A DNA stretch of 64,000 bases from a virus (lineage: Duplodnaviria > Caudoviricetes). Each line of letters opens with the position of its first letter. Positions within the stretch are counted from its first letter, which is position 1. The DNA lies in IMG/VR virus record IMGVR_UViG_2846920067_000004, positions 983-64,982 of that record, one strand, 5' to 3'. This document shows positions 28,342 to 39,882 of this stretch, in pieces. Position numbers and translations under genes: made by a program. A model generated the notes under the pieces. That model was not told the DNA's origin, did no database searches, and saw nothing but the letters and a program-made list of their open reading frames with translations.

Positions 28342-28469
28342 GGGGTCACCCTAAAGCATTGCAGAGGCCGCAACCGCGGCCTTTTTCATTTCTGCAACAG
28401 AAACAAGTGACGTTAGCTATGGATGCGGACGACTTCGTAGAGACCCCCGGCGCCGCGCGCCGGTGATGG

Positions 28470-28696
28470 TCAGGGTGTAGGCAGGAGCATCACCAGCGAT
28501 CCCAGCGCCACGATGAAAACAGTGCTCAGCTCGAACGCCAGCGTGCGCCACTTCCTCCGCTGCTGATCCGGTAGTCCATCAGCAGCATCCGGTGGTTGAC
28601 GTAGGCAGCAGCGAACATTCCGACGATCAGCGCCATCAGCAGCAATGCGCCGACACGAATGATCGGGAACATGAACGGCATGACGTCGATTTGCAT
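28470..28696 (-). CDS. Small membrane protein (frameshifted)
   Basis: Two hydrophobic stretches in adjacent frames; GGGAG RBS. Confidence 0.35.
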
Positions 28697-28836
28697 AGCG
28701 ATCTCCCAGTCGATGGCGAGAGCCTAGCACCGCGCGCGGCACGACGCCGCAGTCCATCAGGACAGATCAATCCTGACCCGGCCGCCTCGACATGAGGTGA
28801 TCCGGGAAACAACAACGCCGAGGAGGCGAGAGCCTC

Positions 28837-29622
28837 ATGGCGACGAAGAAGCAAATTGAATTCGCGGAAGCATACCTGTCTAGCGAGGATTTGAACGCGA
28901 CGGAGGCCTACATGAAGGTCTACCGCGTCGCCGAAAATGTTGCCCGATCCGCTGCCGCCAGGCTGTTAGCAAACGTTAACTTTCAAGCGTATCTGCGCGA
29001 GCGCAGAAAGGAGCTGGCGCGGACGTTAGACATCACCCCCGAGAAAGTTCTCGCTCGGTATTGGCAGATTGCCACCGCGGACCCGAACGACCTGGTGCAG
29101 TACCGCCGCGACAACTGTCGGCACTGCTGGGGCGCCGGCCACCAGTACCAATGGACCGAGGCAGAGTTCGAGCGGGCCCAGCGTGAGGCGGCGGAGAAGG
29201 GAGACGAACCGCCCGCTGCCGCCGGCGGCTTCGGCTTCATCTCCACGCGAGAGCCCAATCCGGAATGTCCTGAATGCGCCGGCGAAGGCCGCGGCAAGAT
29301 ATTCGTCAGCGACACTCGACGCGTGAAGGCGCCGCCAGGCTGCTCTATGCGGCGTGAAGCAGGGCAAGGAAGGGCTGGAGCTGAAGATGCACGACCAGCT
29401 TGCGGCGCTGAACAAGGTGGCTGAGCATATTGGCCTGTTCCGCGACGCTGCGGCGATGCGCCGGCTGAGGAGATGCACAAGGCCGAGCTGGTGGCCAAGC
29501 AAGCCGCGACCGACAAGATCCGCCGTGACCTTGACGATGGCGATGGCGATAAGCCGACGCCGGTCCAGATCGTGGTCGAGGTGAAGGATGCCAGGAAGCG
29601 GGGCGACGATGCCAAGCCTTAA
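28837..29622 (+). CDS. terS: Terminase small subunit with Zn-finger insert (frameshifted)
   Basis: KQIEFAEAYL..DLNATEAY...AARLL, CRHCWG...PNPECPECAGEG; overlaps terL start. Confidence 0.9.
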
Positions 29623-30881
29623 TGTCCCGCAATCGCGATTCTTGGCCATGGACCACAAGTTCCGCGCCTACGTCGCAGGATTCGGCTCCGGCAAGACCTG
29701 GGTAGGCTGCGGCGGCCTGATGCAGCACTTTTGGCAATACCCGCTGATCAACGCCGGCTACTTCGCCCGACCTACGCCCAGATCCGTGACATCTTCTACC
29801 CGACCGTGGAGGAGGTGGCGTTTGATTGGGCTTGAAGGTCAAAATCAACGAGTCGAACAAGGAAGTCCACGTCTATGAGGGCCGCAAATACCGCGGCACA
29901 ACCATCTGCAGGTCGATGGAGAAGCCCGAGACCATCGTGGGCTTCAAGATCGGCAAAGCGCTCTGCGATGAGCTGGACGTGATGAAGGCCGAGAAGGCGC
30001 GCGCGGCCTGGCGCAAGATCATCGCCCGGATGCGCTACAAGGTGGACAACCTCAAGAACGGCGTAGATGTCACCACGACGCCGGAGGGCTTCAAGTTCGT
30101 CTATGAGCAGTTCGTGAAGCAGGTCGCCGCCAAGCCGGAGTTGGCCGCGCTCTACGGGCTGATCCAGGCATCGACCTACGACAACGAGGCGAACCTGCCG
30201 GACGACTACATCGATTCGCTGTTCCTGACCTACCCGCCGCAGCTGATTGACGCCTACCTGAAAGGGCAGTTCTGCAACCTGGCCAGCGGCAGCGTGTACC
30301 CCTGTTTTGACCGGAAGCTGAACCATTCCGACGCCGAGATGCAGCCTTATGAGCAGCTGCACGTCGGCATGGACTTCAACGTGCTGAGGATGGCGGCGGT
30401 GATCTATGTGATCCGCGACGGGAACCCAATTGCCGTGGATGAGCTGGTGGATGTGCGGGACACGCCGGAAATGGCGCGCATGATCAGCGAGCGCTGGAAA
30501 CGAACCGGCCACGCGATCACCGTCTACCCTGACGCCAGCGGCCAGAACACGAGCAGCAAGAGCGCCAGCGAGTCGGATCTGTCGATCCTGCGCCAGGCCG
30601 GCTTCACCATCAGCGTCGGATCCGCCAATCCCGCAGTGAAAGATCGGGTGCTGGCGACGAACGCCATGTTGCTCAATGCGAACGGAGAGCGGCGCCTGAA
30701 GGTCAATACTCGCCGCTGTCCGAAATTTACCGAGGGGCTAGAGCAGCAGGCGTATGACGCCAACGGCGAGCCGGACAAGAAGAGCGGCGTGGACCACGTA
30801 AACGACGCCGGGACTTATCCCATCGTCAGGCTATGGCCGATCGCCAAGCGCACCGCCACCCAATCCAAACTCAACATGTAG
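29609..30881 (+). CDS. terL: Terminase large subunit (two frameshifts near 29770-29830)
   Basis: Walker A AGFGSGKT, Walker B CDELD, TTTPEG, GMDFN nuclease motif, DHVNDA. Confidence 0.95.
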
Positions 30882-30923
30882 CCCGCCGCTGAGCGGGCTT
30901 TCTACTACCCCGCAGGAGGCAGC

Positions 30924-32315
30924 ATGTCAGACGTCAGCACTCAATCGCCGGCCATCAAGGCCATGGCCGAGGACTGGCCGATCATCGACGCGCTGATGGG
31001 CGGCACGAAAACCATGCGCGCCGCTGGCGAGAAATTCATGCCGCGCTGGCCGCTGGAGGACCGGCAGGAGTACGACGCGCGCCTGAAAACCGCCACGCTC
31101 TACCCGGCGCTGTCGGAGACGGTGGAGCAGATGATTGGCCGCGTTTTCGGGGACCAGATCAGTCGCAAGGACGTGCCGCAGCGGATCGAGGATGAGGTAC
31201 TGCTGAATGTGGATCGCGAAGGCCGCAGCCTCGACGTGTTCGCCGCCGCCTGGTTCGGCGAGGCGCTGCAGCGCGGCGTGTCCTACTTGCTGGTCAACTA
31301 CCCTCGCGTCGAGGGCGCCCGCACGATGGCGGACGAGAAAGCCGCCGGCGCGCGTCCGTACTGGTGCCACATCTCGCCCAAGTCCGTGCTGGGCTGGAAG
31401 ACGGATAAATCCGGTGGCAGCGAGCGACTTGTCCAGTTTCGCTACCTCGAGCAGATCGAGGAGCCGGACGGCGAGTTCGGGGTAAAGGTCATCAAGCAGA
31501 TCGTGGTTCTGGAACCTGGACGCTGCCGGCTGTATCGAGAGGCTGGCGCTGACTGGTCATTATGCGATGAGTTCGAGATGACCGCCGGCAGTGGGCCGCT
31601 GAAGGATATCCCGCTGATCCCGCTGTACACCAAGCGCACAGGCTTCCTGACCGGCAAGCCGCCGCTGCTGGAGCTGGCGCATCTGAACGTCAAGCACTGG
31701 CAGTCGCAGTCCGACCAAGACACGATCCTGCACACGGCGCGCGTTCCGATCCTGGCGCGCATTGGCGCGGAGCCGCAGTACGACCAAGAGGGCCGCAAGC
31801 GTGACGACATGCAGATCGGAAAGAGCCTGATCGACCTGCCGCTGAACGGCGACATGAAGTACGTCGAGCATACCGGCGCGGCCATCGTCGCCGGCAAGGA
31901 GTCGTTGGCGGACCTTGAGGAGCAGATGAAGGTTGCCGGCGCCAAGTTGCTCACCCGCTCGGTGCTGGCGATGACCGACAGCCAGGCACGCGGCGAGTCG
32001 CTGAAGGAGATCAGCCAGCTGCGAGCCATGGCCAACGCGCTGGAGGACTCGATAGCCAAGGCGCTCGACTACACCGCCATGTGGATGGGCCTGGGCGACA
32101 ATGGCGGCGAGGTGGAAATTAGTGGCAACATCGACGCCGACTTCGACCCGTCCGCGTCAATGGACGTGCTGGTCAAGATGGGCCTGTCTCCGGAAACCAT
32201 GTTCAGCGAGGCCAAGCGCCGCGGGTTGATTTCCGAGTCGCTGACCTGGGCGGAGGAGCTGGAGCGCCGCGCCGGCCAGCCGCCGCTGGGGCGATGTAAT
32301 GGCGACGGCCAATGA
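30924..32315 (+). CDS. Portal protein (DUF4055-like)
   Basis: LMGGT..MR, PPLLELAHLNVKHWQSQSD; follows terL. Confidence 0.9.
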   Translation: MSDVSTQSPAIKAMAEDWPIIDALMGGTKTMRAAGEKFMPRWPLEDRQEYDARLKTATLYPALSETVEQMIGRVFGDQISRKDVPQRIEDEVLLNVDREGRSLDVFAAAWFGEALQRGVSYLLVNYPRVEGARTMADEKAAGARPYWCHISPKSVLGWKTDKSGGSERLVQFRYLEQIEEPDGEFGVKVIKQIVVLEPGRCRLYREAGADWSLCDEFEMTAGSGPLKDIPLIPLYTKRTGFLTGKPPLLELAHLNVKHWQSQSDQDTILHTARVPILARIGAEPQYDQEGRKRDDMQIGKSLIDLPLNGDMKYVEHTGAAIVAGKESLADLEEQMKVAGAKLLTRSVLAMTDSQARGESLKEISQLRAMANALEDSIAKALDYTAMWMGLGDNGGEVEISGNIDADFDPSASMDVLVKMGLSPETMFSEAKRRGLISESLTWAEELERRAGQPPLGRCNGDGQ

Positions 32316-33363
32316 GCTGCAGCTGCTGCAGCTGATCGCGCATCAGATCGACCTGGGCCGCTACAGCTCGCACGTTGTCCGCAAGATCATGGCGCTGCTC
32401 AATCGGGCAGATGCCGATCTGTTCGCCCGGCTGCAGCTGGCGCTGGCCGAGATGGACGCGGACACGTTCACAGTCCAGCGGCTGGACGCGATATTGCGTT
32501 CCGTCCGTCAGCTGAACCGCGCTGCTTACGAACAGGCGAGGATCACGCTGGAGGGTGATTTGACCGGCCTGGTGGCGTCCGAGATGCAATGGCAGCACGA
32601 TCTGTTCCGCGGCCTGCTGCCGGTACAGGTCAGCGTCGCCAGCGTCGCGCCGGAGACGGCCTATGCCGCCGCGATGGCTAGGCCGATGCAGGGCAGGTTG
32701 CTGCGCGAGTGGTTCGAGGGACTGGAGGAGGGCAAGGCCGCCCGACTGCGCGACGCGCTGCGAATGGGCTTTCTAGAGGCGAGCCAGTCGCCAAGATCGT
32801 TCAGCGCATCCGCGGCACGCGCGCTATGGGCTACGCGGATGGACTGATCGAAACTGATCGGCGCGCAGCGGAAGCCATCGCCCGGACTGCCGTCAATCAC
32901 TACGCAAATTTCAGCCGTCAGCACGTGGCCAATGCCAACGCCGATCTGATCGCCGCGTGAAGTGGGTTTCGACACTGGACATGCGGACGTCCAGTATCTG
33001 CCGCAGCCGCGACGGAAAGATCTACCCGATCGACTCTGGCCCGCGCCGCCGGCGCACATGAACTGCCGGTCAGCTGTTGTGTTCGTGCTGAAGTCCTGGC
33101 AAGAGCTGGGCATAGACATGGCCGAACTGCCGGTATCAACGCGCGCCAGCCTCAACGGACAGGTGCCGGAAGAGCTGAGCTACAGCGATTGGCTACGGCA
33201 GCAGCCGGCGACGATGCAAGACGAAGTGCTGGGAAGACCAAGGGCAGCTCTACCGCGCCGGCGGCGTGAGCCTGGATCGATTCACGGACGCCAGTGGCCA
33301 CGAGTACACGCTCGACGAGCTGAGAAAGCGCAACAAGGCGGCATTTGAGGCGGCTGGGTTGGT
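32299..33363 (+). CDS. Minor head morphogenesis protein (SPP1 gp7 / Mu F-like), frameshifted
   Basis: IARTAVNH...WVSTLD.RTS..CRSRDG...PPAHMNCRS across frames. Confidence 0.85.
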
Positions 33364-33369
33364 ATAATT

Positions 33370-33651
33370 GTGGGTGAACGAGCTCCTCAAACAGCTGGGC
33401 ATCTTGCCCGGCCCGCCTCAGCCCCGGAAACGCCCGAAGCGCTTTTCGAGGCGGATGCCGCGCGCCAGATAGCCGAGAACTCACCATCCGATCCGCGGCG
33501 CCGGCCGCTTTGCGACGACTACTGTCCGGCCTGTTCGGGCTCGACATGGTTCTACGCCCAGCAAGGACCGGCCAGTCGAGGCGTCAAAGGTACGACACGA
33601 GTGAAGGTGTGCGTGGCCTGCTTGGCCAACGGCAAGATGACGACCTACTGA
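33370..33651 (+). CDS. Hypothetical Zn-binding protein
   Basis: CPAC and CVAC pairs. Confidence 0.5.
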   Translation: MGERAPQTAGHLARPASAPETPEALFEADAARQIAENSPSDPRRRPLCDDYCPACSGSTWFYAQQGPASRGVKGTTRVKVCVACLANGKMTTY

Positions 33652-33728
33652 GTTGATTTACAGCTTGGGCTGGAAAGCCCGAGCGAATGGCAATAAAATG
33701 CCATGTAAATTTTTTGGCGAGCGCATCA

Positions 33729-33971
33729 ATGTCAAACCACACTGTCGCAAAACATGTTTCAAAGAGGATATTGAAGTTCACATATCCAATTGTAGTATTG
33801 CTGCTTTTAAGTCGTCTGATCTTCAGGGTCAGCTCTTTTTCCCAAGAGGAGTTAATTGATCAGGGAATTAGATTAACTTTTAACTTGTTATTCTGGGCTG
33901 TTTTTATTTTTGGCCTGGCCTACATTGTCAATCGAGCTATCTTGGCTACGAAGAAAACCAAACAAGGCTAA
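33729..33971 (+). CDS. Low-GC two-TM membrane moron
   Basis: Two hydrophobic helices; upstream TAAAAT; downstream terminators. Confidence 0.55.
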   Translation: MSNHTVAKHVSKRILKFTYPIVVLLLLSRLIFRVSSFSQEELIDQGIRLTFNLLFWAVFIFGLAYIVNRAILATKKTKQG

Positions 33972-33993
33972 CTACGTTTAGACACTGAACCAA

Positions 33994-34054
33994 GAACCCG
34001 CCACATGGCGGGTTTTCTGCTTCCTGGCCCCAGCAATCGCTGGGGCTTTTTCAT
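33994..34054 (+). terminator. Two tandem intrinsic terminators
   Basis: AACCCGCCACATGGCGGGTTTT and GCCCCAGCAATCGCTGGGGCTTTTT. Confidence 0.75.
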
Positions 34055-34126
34055 TTCTGCCGCTGAACGGATGTGACGCGGTGCTCTTGGCTGGAAAGCC
34101 GCAACTCACAGGATGGAAATCCACGC

Positions 34127-34866
34127 ATGAAACTGAAACTCGACGAGAACGGCAACGTTGTGCTGGCCGATGGCAAACCGGTCTACATCCACGACGACGG
34201 GAAGGAAATCCCGTTCGACGCGGGTGCAGCGATGCAGAAAATCGCCCAGCTGAACGGTGAGGCCAAATCGCATCGCGAGGCACGCGAGGCCGCCGAGGCG
34301 CTGGCCAAGAAGTTCGAAGGCATCGAAGACCCGGCGGCAGCGCTGAAAGCGCTCCAGACCATCAAGAACCTGGACGACAAGAAGCTGATCGATGCCGGCG
34401 AGGCGGAGAAGGTCAAGGCCGAACTGGCTGCAGCCTACGAAGGCAGGCTGAAGGGCAAGGAAGATGAACTGACCAAGCTGCAAGGTCAGCTGTACAACGA
34501 GCTGATCGGCGGCTCCTTCGCCCGCTCCAAGACCGTCGCCGAGAAGCTGGCCATTCCGGCCGATATCGCGCAGTCATTCTTCGGTCAGCGCTTCAAGGTC
34601 GAGGACGGCAAGGTCGTCGCCTACGACTCCAACGGCAGCAAGCTGTACAGCCGAGTCAAGCCGGGCGAGTTGGCCGGGTTCGACGAGGCGCTGGAAACGC
34701 TGATCGACAGCTACCCGCACAAGGACAGCATCCTGAAAAGCACAGGCTCGTCCGGCAGTGGATCGGGCGGCAATGCCGGCGGCGCAGCTCCAGCGGCGCC
34801 AAGAGCCTGGCCGACTGCAAGACCGATGCCGAGCGCGTCGCGTACCTCCAAGCACACGCAAAATAA
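34127..34866 (+). CDS. Head scaffolding protein (DUF6651-like)
   Basis: MKLKLDENG...GKPVYIHDDGKE...EAKSHRE...IGGSFARSK; precedes the capsid gene. Confidence 0.85.
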
Positions 34867-34875
34867 GGAACCAAC

Positions 34876-35837
34876 ATGGCATTTGACCTGCAGGTTTTCA
34901 ACAAGCAGACCTACCTGACCATCACCGAGACGGTGGCCAACGAGGTCAACAAGTTCAACGAAGCGTCCAAGGCACCATCGTGCTGCAGAACGCCCCGGTG
35001 TCCGGTGATTTCGACATCACCGCCAGCTTCAAGGCCATTTCCGGCTTGGTGCGTCGCCGGAACGTCTACAGCAACGCAGCGGTGGAGTCCAAGCGTCTGC
35101 AACAGCTGCTGAACGCCTCGGTGAAGGTCGCCGCCGGTACGCCGCCGATCGACTACGAGCCGGCCCAATACCAGTGGGTGCTGCAGAACCCCGAGCTTGC
35201 CGCGCTGAAGATCGGCGAGCAGCTGGCCAAGGCCCGCGTGGCTGACATGCTGGATACCGGCATCCGCGGCGCCGTGGCGGCGCTGTCGGGTAATGCGGCC
35301 GTCTCGACCGGCGACGGCACCGAAGATCCGTCGTTCCGCCTGCTCAACAAGGCGTCGTTCAAGTTTGGCGATCGCTCCAGCGCCATCCTGGCGTGGGTGC
35401 TGCATTCGTCCACGCTGAGCAAGCTGTACGACAACGCGCTGACCAACACCGAACGCCTCTTCTCCTACGACGGCGTGAATGTCCTGCGCGACCCGTTCGG
35501 TCGCCTGTTCGTCGTGACCGACTCAGAAGCTCTGGTCCTGCCGGGCGCTGCCAACGCCGATCCGAAGTTCCGCACGCTCGGCCTGGTTGGCAACGGCGTC
35601 GTGGTCAGCGGCAACGATGACTTCAACAGCGTCATCGTGCCGAAGGTTGGCACCGAGAACATTGGCGCGACCTATCAGGCCGAGTGGTCCTACAACCTGG
35701 GCATTGCCGGTTACACCTGGGACATGGCTAACGGCGGCAAGTCGCCGACCAATACCGCCATCGGCACCGGCTCGAACTGGGATCAGACCGCTACCAGCCA
35801 CAAGGACACCGCGGGTGTCATCTTGACCACCAAGTAA
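34876..35837 (+). CDS. Major capsid protein (frameshift near 34970)
   Basis: MAFDLQVFN...GYTWDMANGGKSPT...KDTAGV; size and position. Confidence 0.9.
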
Positions 35838-35870
35838 CCGCGAGGGGCTTCGGCCCTTCAGGGAGTTTAC

Positions 35871-36176
35871 ATGAGCAAGAAAATCCTCTGGTTCATCGCC
35901 GGCCCGGCGACGAAGGAGCAGCGTGAGATTGCCGCGAAAGAGCGGCTGACCATCCGCGATTCCTTGGCCTACTGGCCGGGCGATGCCATCGAGCTGTGCG
36001 ATGCCGTCGCTGGCGACGTGCCGGCGGCTTATGCAGAGCGCTTCGAGGTTCTGGAGACGGCACTTGATGCCAAGCCTGCCAAGGGCAAGAAGAAAGGTGT
36101 CGAGAATGCTGCTGATCAAGCTGCTGGTGATGCTGCCGCCACTGAACTCGCTGATGCCGTGGGCGAGGGCGTGTAA
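35871..36176 (+). CDS. Head-associated hypothetical protein
   Basis: KILWFIAGP...CDAVAGDVPAAY. Confidence 0.7.
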   Translation: MSKKILWFIAGPATKEQREIAAKERLTIRDSLAYWPGDAIELCDAVAGDVPAAYAERFEVLETALDAKPAKGKKKGVENAADQAAGDAAATELADAVGEGV

Positions 36177-36194
36177 CCGAGCCGGGAGGTGAGC

Positions 36195-36640
36195 ATGGCG
36201 CTGATCGTAGAAAACGGCACGGGACAACCGGACGCGCAGAGCTATATCTCCGTGACCGAGGCCGACGATTACCACGCCGCCATGGGCAATGCTGGCTGGT
36301 CTGGTGACGAGGTGGCCAAGTCGGCTGCGCTCCGGCGTGCGGTGCAGTATCTCGACGGCGTTACCGGTTCGCCGGTTGCAGGCTGACGGCGATCCAGGCG
36401 CTGGAATGGCCGCGGCAGCCGCTTGGTGTGCCGAAGGCACTCAAAGACGCACAGGCAGAGCTGGCGCTACGTGCACTGAAGGGCGAGTTGTTTGCTGACT
36501 CAGATGGGCGCGTGCTGGTTTCCAAAACCATAGGCCGATCAAGAAGGAATACGCTCAGGCCGGCGGAAGCCGCTTCCCGGTCGTTGATGCGCTGCTGCGG
36601 CCCCTGCTGGCCGGCGGCGGTCAAGTTCGACTTAGGAGAG
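36195..36640 (+). CDS. Head-tail adaptor (DnaT-like annotated family), frameshifted
   Basis: MALIVENGTG.PDAQSYISV.EAD.Y...QALEWPR. Confidence 0.75.
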
Positions 36641-36641
36641 G

Positions 36642-37001
36642 GTGATGACTGAGGCGGAAGAGATCGCCGCGGATCTGCGCGAAGACGGCCAGGACGTGAA
36701 GATCGAGCGCCGCGTCGCTGGCGGGTACGACCCGGAGCAGGGCGGCGAAGCCGAGACCGTGGAGACCGATACAGTACCAGGCGCGGAGTTGGAATTTGAT
36801 CTGCAGTCCTCAGGCCAGCTCTTCGCCGCAGGCCTGGTGAAGGCCGGAGACAAGCGTGTGCTGCTCTCTGTCCCCAAGTTTCCCCCTGAGCCAGGGCAGT
36901 TCATCACACTGGTGCGCGACCGGCGATACCGCATCGAAGGCGTGAAGGAGGTCGGTCCTGACGGCGTGCCGATTCTCTACGACCTGCACGTGAGGCGCTG
37001 A
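36642..37001 (+). CDS. Head closure protein
   Basis: GYDP..G...VKAGDKR...PDGVPILYDLHVR. Confidence 0.7.
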   Translation: MMTEAEEIAADLREDGQDVKIERRVAGGYDPEQGGEAETVETDTVPGAELEFDLQSSGQLFAAGLVKAGDKRVLLSVPKFPPEPGQFITLVRDRRYRIEGVKEVGPDGVPILYDLHVRR

Positions 37002-37378
37002 TGGGCAGTTCTCCGTAGACCTGACCCGCATCGTAGCCAAGGCCAAGGGCAACATGGACGTGGTGGCGCGCAAGATCGTGTTCGAGGCCTTCAACAAGGT
37101 GGTGCTGAAATCGCCTGTCGATACTGGCGCATTCCGTAACAGCTGGACGGTTGGCTTCGGCGCGCTGCCGCGGCGATACCACGGCGCCGACCCAATCCGG
37201 CATTGACGCGTATGCGGACGTGGCGCGTGTGTTGAGCACGAAGATCGTCGGCGTGAATGCGTGGCTGGTGAACCCAATGCCGTACGCGGTCAAGCTGGAG
37301 TACGGCTGGTCCAAGCAGGCACCGGCCGGCATGGTTCGCCTGACGCTCGCTGAAATCTCATCGCACTATGGGAGGTAA
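37001..37378 (+). CDS. HK97 gp10-like tail-completion protein (frameshifted)
   Basis: SPVDTGAFRNSW and NPMPYAVKLEYGWSKQAPAGMVR. Confidence 0.85.
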
Positions 37379-37770
37379 TGGTGTCTCTGACCACAATTCG
37401 TGCGGCGTTCGAGAGGCGTCTTGCCGATTGGGCAAAGGGCCAGGCGCTGCCTGTGGCATGGGAGAACGTCGAGTTCACGCCGCCGGCGGATGGCCTCTAC
37501 CTGCGCGCCTTCCTGCTGCCTGCCGACGGTGAGACGGTGAACCTGGAGTACGGCGCATGTGAGATCGGGCTGTACCAGATCAACGTCTGCGCTCCTCAAG
37601 GAAAGGGGCCGCGGCAGGCCGAGAAGCTGGCCGAGGGCTTGCAGGCGCTGTATCCAGCTGGCGATGTGCTGGGCGGCGCGCGCTTGGTTCGCCAGCCAGC
37701 CATTGGCCCGCCGATACCAGACGGAGTGAGCCGGATCGTCCCTGTCACCATTCGATATTCCACCATTTAG
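37378..37770 (+). CDS. Tail terminator-like protein
   Basis: VAWENVEFTPP..YLRAFLLPA...GLYQINV.APQGKG. Confidence 0.8.
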   Translation: MVSLTTIRAAFERRLADWAKGQALPVAWENVEFTPPADGLYLRAFLLPADGETVNLEYGACEIGLYQINVCAPQGKGPRQAEKLAEGLQALYPAGDVLGGARLVRQPAIGPPIPDGVSRIVPVTIRYSTI

Positions 37771-37808
37771 CCCGCCTCGAGCGGGCTTTATCATTTTGAG
37801 GAGGCGAC

Positions 37809-38221
37809 ATGCCATCCAACGCAATTTCCGCCAAGGCTCCAAGCTGAGCATCGAGAGCGCCGGCGACAAGCCTAGCTTTGTCCAGATCAAGGAAATCCAG
37901 TCCTACAGTGGTTTCGATGGCAAGGCGTCTGAATTGGACGTCACCACGTTGGATTCCACTGCGAAAGAGAAACGCAAGGGCCTGAAGGACAATGGCGGCT
38001 TCCAGTTCGAACTGAACCGGGTTCTGGATGACCCGGGCCAACTGCTGCTCGATGCGGCCCAGAACGAAGATCAACCGCGGCGCTTCAAGCTGGAGCTGCC
38101 CAACGGCAAATCGGCCACCTTCTCCGCACTGGTCATGTCCTTCGACCTGAAGGGCGGCGTGGATGCGGTTCTGAAGGGCTCGGCCACGTTGAGCATTTCC
38201 GGCGCAGTGACCTGGGCATAA
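37809..38221 (+). CDS. Major tail tube protein (frameshift near start)
   Basis: MPSNAISAQGSKL...SELDVTTLDSTAKE..GLKDNG...ISGAV. Confidence 0.88.
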
Positions 38222-38229
38222 GGGAAAGC

Positions 38230-38696
38230 ATGGCTCTCGATGTACTGGACGACGACCTGGTCGTCGGCGACAAGATCCACTGGTTTGATCTGAAGCACTA
38301 CGTCACCGGCGCCCGACTGGTGCGCGGCTGGGCGTCCTGTCGGACGAAGCGGAAATCGTGAAGGCGCTGCGACGCAAGATGCACGACAACGACGTGAAGC
38401 GCTTCGCCGAGGCCAAGGCCGCCGGCAAGGAAGCTCCGGAGCCGCTGCTCTACGATGAGCGCGAGGCGCTGCTGCTGGACCTGGCCGTGGCGCGGCTGGC
38501 CGGCTGGGAAGGCCTGGTGCGTGGCGGTGAGCCCTTGCAGTTCAGCGCCAGCGAGGCGCGCGCGCTGCTGAAGAAGGCGTCCTGGATTCGGGATGCCATC
38601 CTCGCCGAGAGCGGAGAGCTCGCAAATTTCATCAAGCCGCTGCCGACGCCGTTCGAGCCTACGCCGGGCGAGAGTTCCGGCTCGACAAGCGGCTGA
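38230..38696 (+). CDS. Tail assembly chaperone (gpG-like)
   Basis: Between tube and tape measure; GWEGL; ANF slippery site near the end. Confidence 0.75.
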
Positions 38697-39025
38697 AGGA
38701 TGGAGAGTCGCTGAGGCGCCGCGGCCACGGCAACCCGCTGCAGTTGGCCCCGGAGGTGTCCTACCTGTGGGGCTGGTTCTGCGAGTTGTCCGCCGGCCGC
38801 CAGTTGTCGGGCTACGGCCCACAGCCGCTGAGCTACGGTGACATTGGCGCGTGGGAGAGGCTTCTCGCGCGCCGGCCCCGCGGCTGGGAGGTGATGCTGC
38901 TCAAGCAGTTGGACCTCGACTATCTGGAGGTCCAAGCCATGGATGATGGCGCGCTGTTGGCTGAGCAGATGCAGGATGATGAGGCGCGGTCGCGGGCGAT
39001 TATGGCGTTGTTGATGGGGGTGTAG
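38624..39025 (+). CDS. gpT-like extension reached by -1 programmed frameshift
   Basis: A AAT TTC heptamer at 38624-38630; the -1 frame is open into YLWGWFCELSAGR...PLSYGDI. Confidence 0.75.
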   Translation, partial: KFHQAAADAVRAYAGREFRLDKRLKDGESLRRRGHGNPLQLAPEVSYLWGWFCELSAGRQLSGYGPQPLSYGDIGAWERLLARRPRGWEVMLLKQLDLDYLEVQAMDDGALLAEQMQDDEARSRAIMALLMGV

Positions 39026-39090
39026 CTGTTGGCGCAGCAGTGACGTAGATTGGTTAGATTTTTACTGCAAAAACATGCTATTGTGCGTGC

Positions 39091-39882
39091 ATGCCTACGC
39101 CCCTGCTCATCACGGAATCGTTGATCGATGAGATCAATGCAGTTGTTCACTCTTATGAAATTCCATCCGAATTCACTCTTCGTAAATGGGAGAGGGATGC
39201 GCGCGCCCTTACTAAAAAGGGGCGTGATGAAGCTGCAGATGGATATCAACTGTTGGGTATGATTGCCACAGTAAAGTGCGCTCCGGATGACATTGAAATG
39301 TACTTCAAAAAGGCTCTGGATCTTAAGCCAGACTCATCTATCATTGCAGAGAATCTATATACTGCACTCTGCAATATTTTACTGATGCGCAAATCTTATG
39401 AATTAATGATGGAGTTGCATCGTGAGCGTGTTTTGGGCATTGAGGGAATTTCCGACACTGAATTTGCTCATATGCTGACTTTGAGTGGCCATGTCCAGAC
39501 TGCTCGTAACCTACTGTGCAATGCCAATGATGATGAAATTCTCAAAAAAACAAAAAAAGGCGGTTTAACAGTAGGTTGGGTCGATAAGGTAATTGAAAAT
39601 CTAAAGAAAGCCAGCTTGAGCGAAAATCATCTTTCACTCTGGGTTGATTGTGCGGTGGAGGCCGTAAGAGAGAAAGTGATATTGCTTAATATCCCTCCAT
39701 GGCAGGTGAGGGTTGAGTTTGAAATGGTTCCTGAGGCTGGTCCTATAATTAAGCTTTTAGTGCCGACCAATGTAGAAATTGTGGTAGACCTTAACTTCAC
39801 TGTGGCTGATGCTTTGGGTGAACTGGATATTCCTACTGTTCATAATCTTCCTATTATTTCGGTAATGACAAATGTCAATTGA
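39091..39882 (+). CDS. TPR-like moron protein, partner of HEPN gene
   Basis: GYQLLGMI...YFKKALDLKPD TPR pattern; low GC; overlaps the next gene. Confidence 0.7.
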   Translation: MPTPLLITESLIDEINAVVHSYEIPSEFTLRKWERDARALTKKGRDEAADGYQLLGMIATVKCAPDDIEMYFKKALDLKPDSSIIAENLYTALCNILLMRKSYELMMELHRERVLGIEGISDTEFAHMLTLSGHVQTARNLLCNANDDEILKKTKKGGLTVGWVDKVIENLKKASLSENHLSLWVDCAVEAVREKVILLNIPPWQVRVEFEMVPEAGPIIKLLVPTNVEIVVDLNFTVADALGELDIPTVHNLPIISVMTNVN

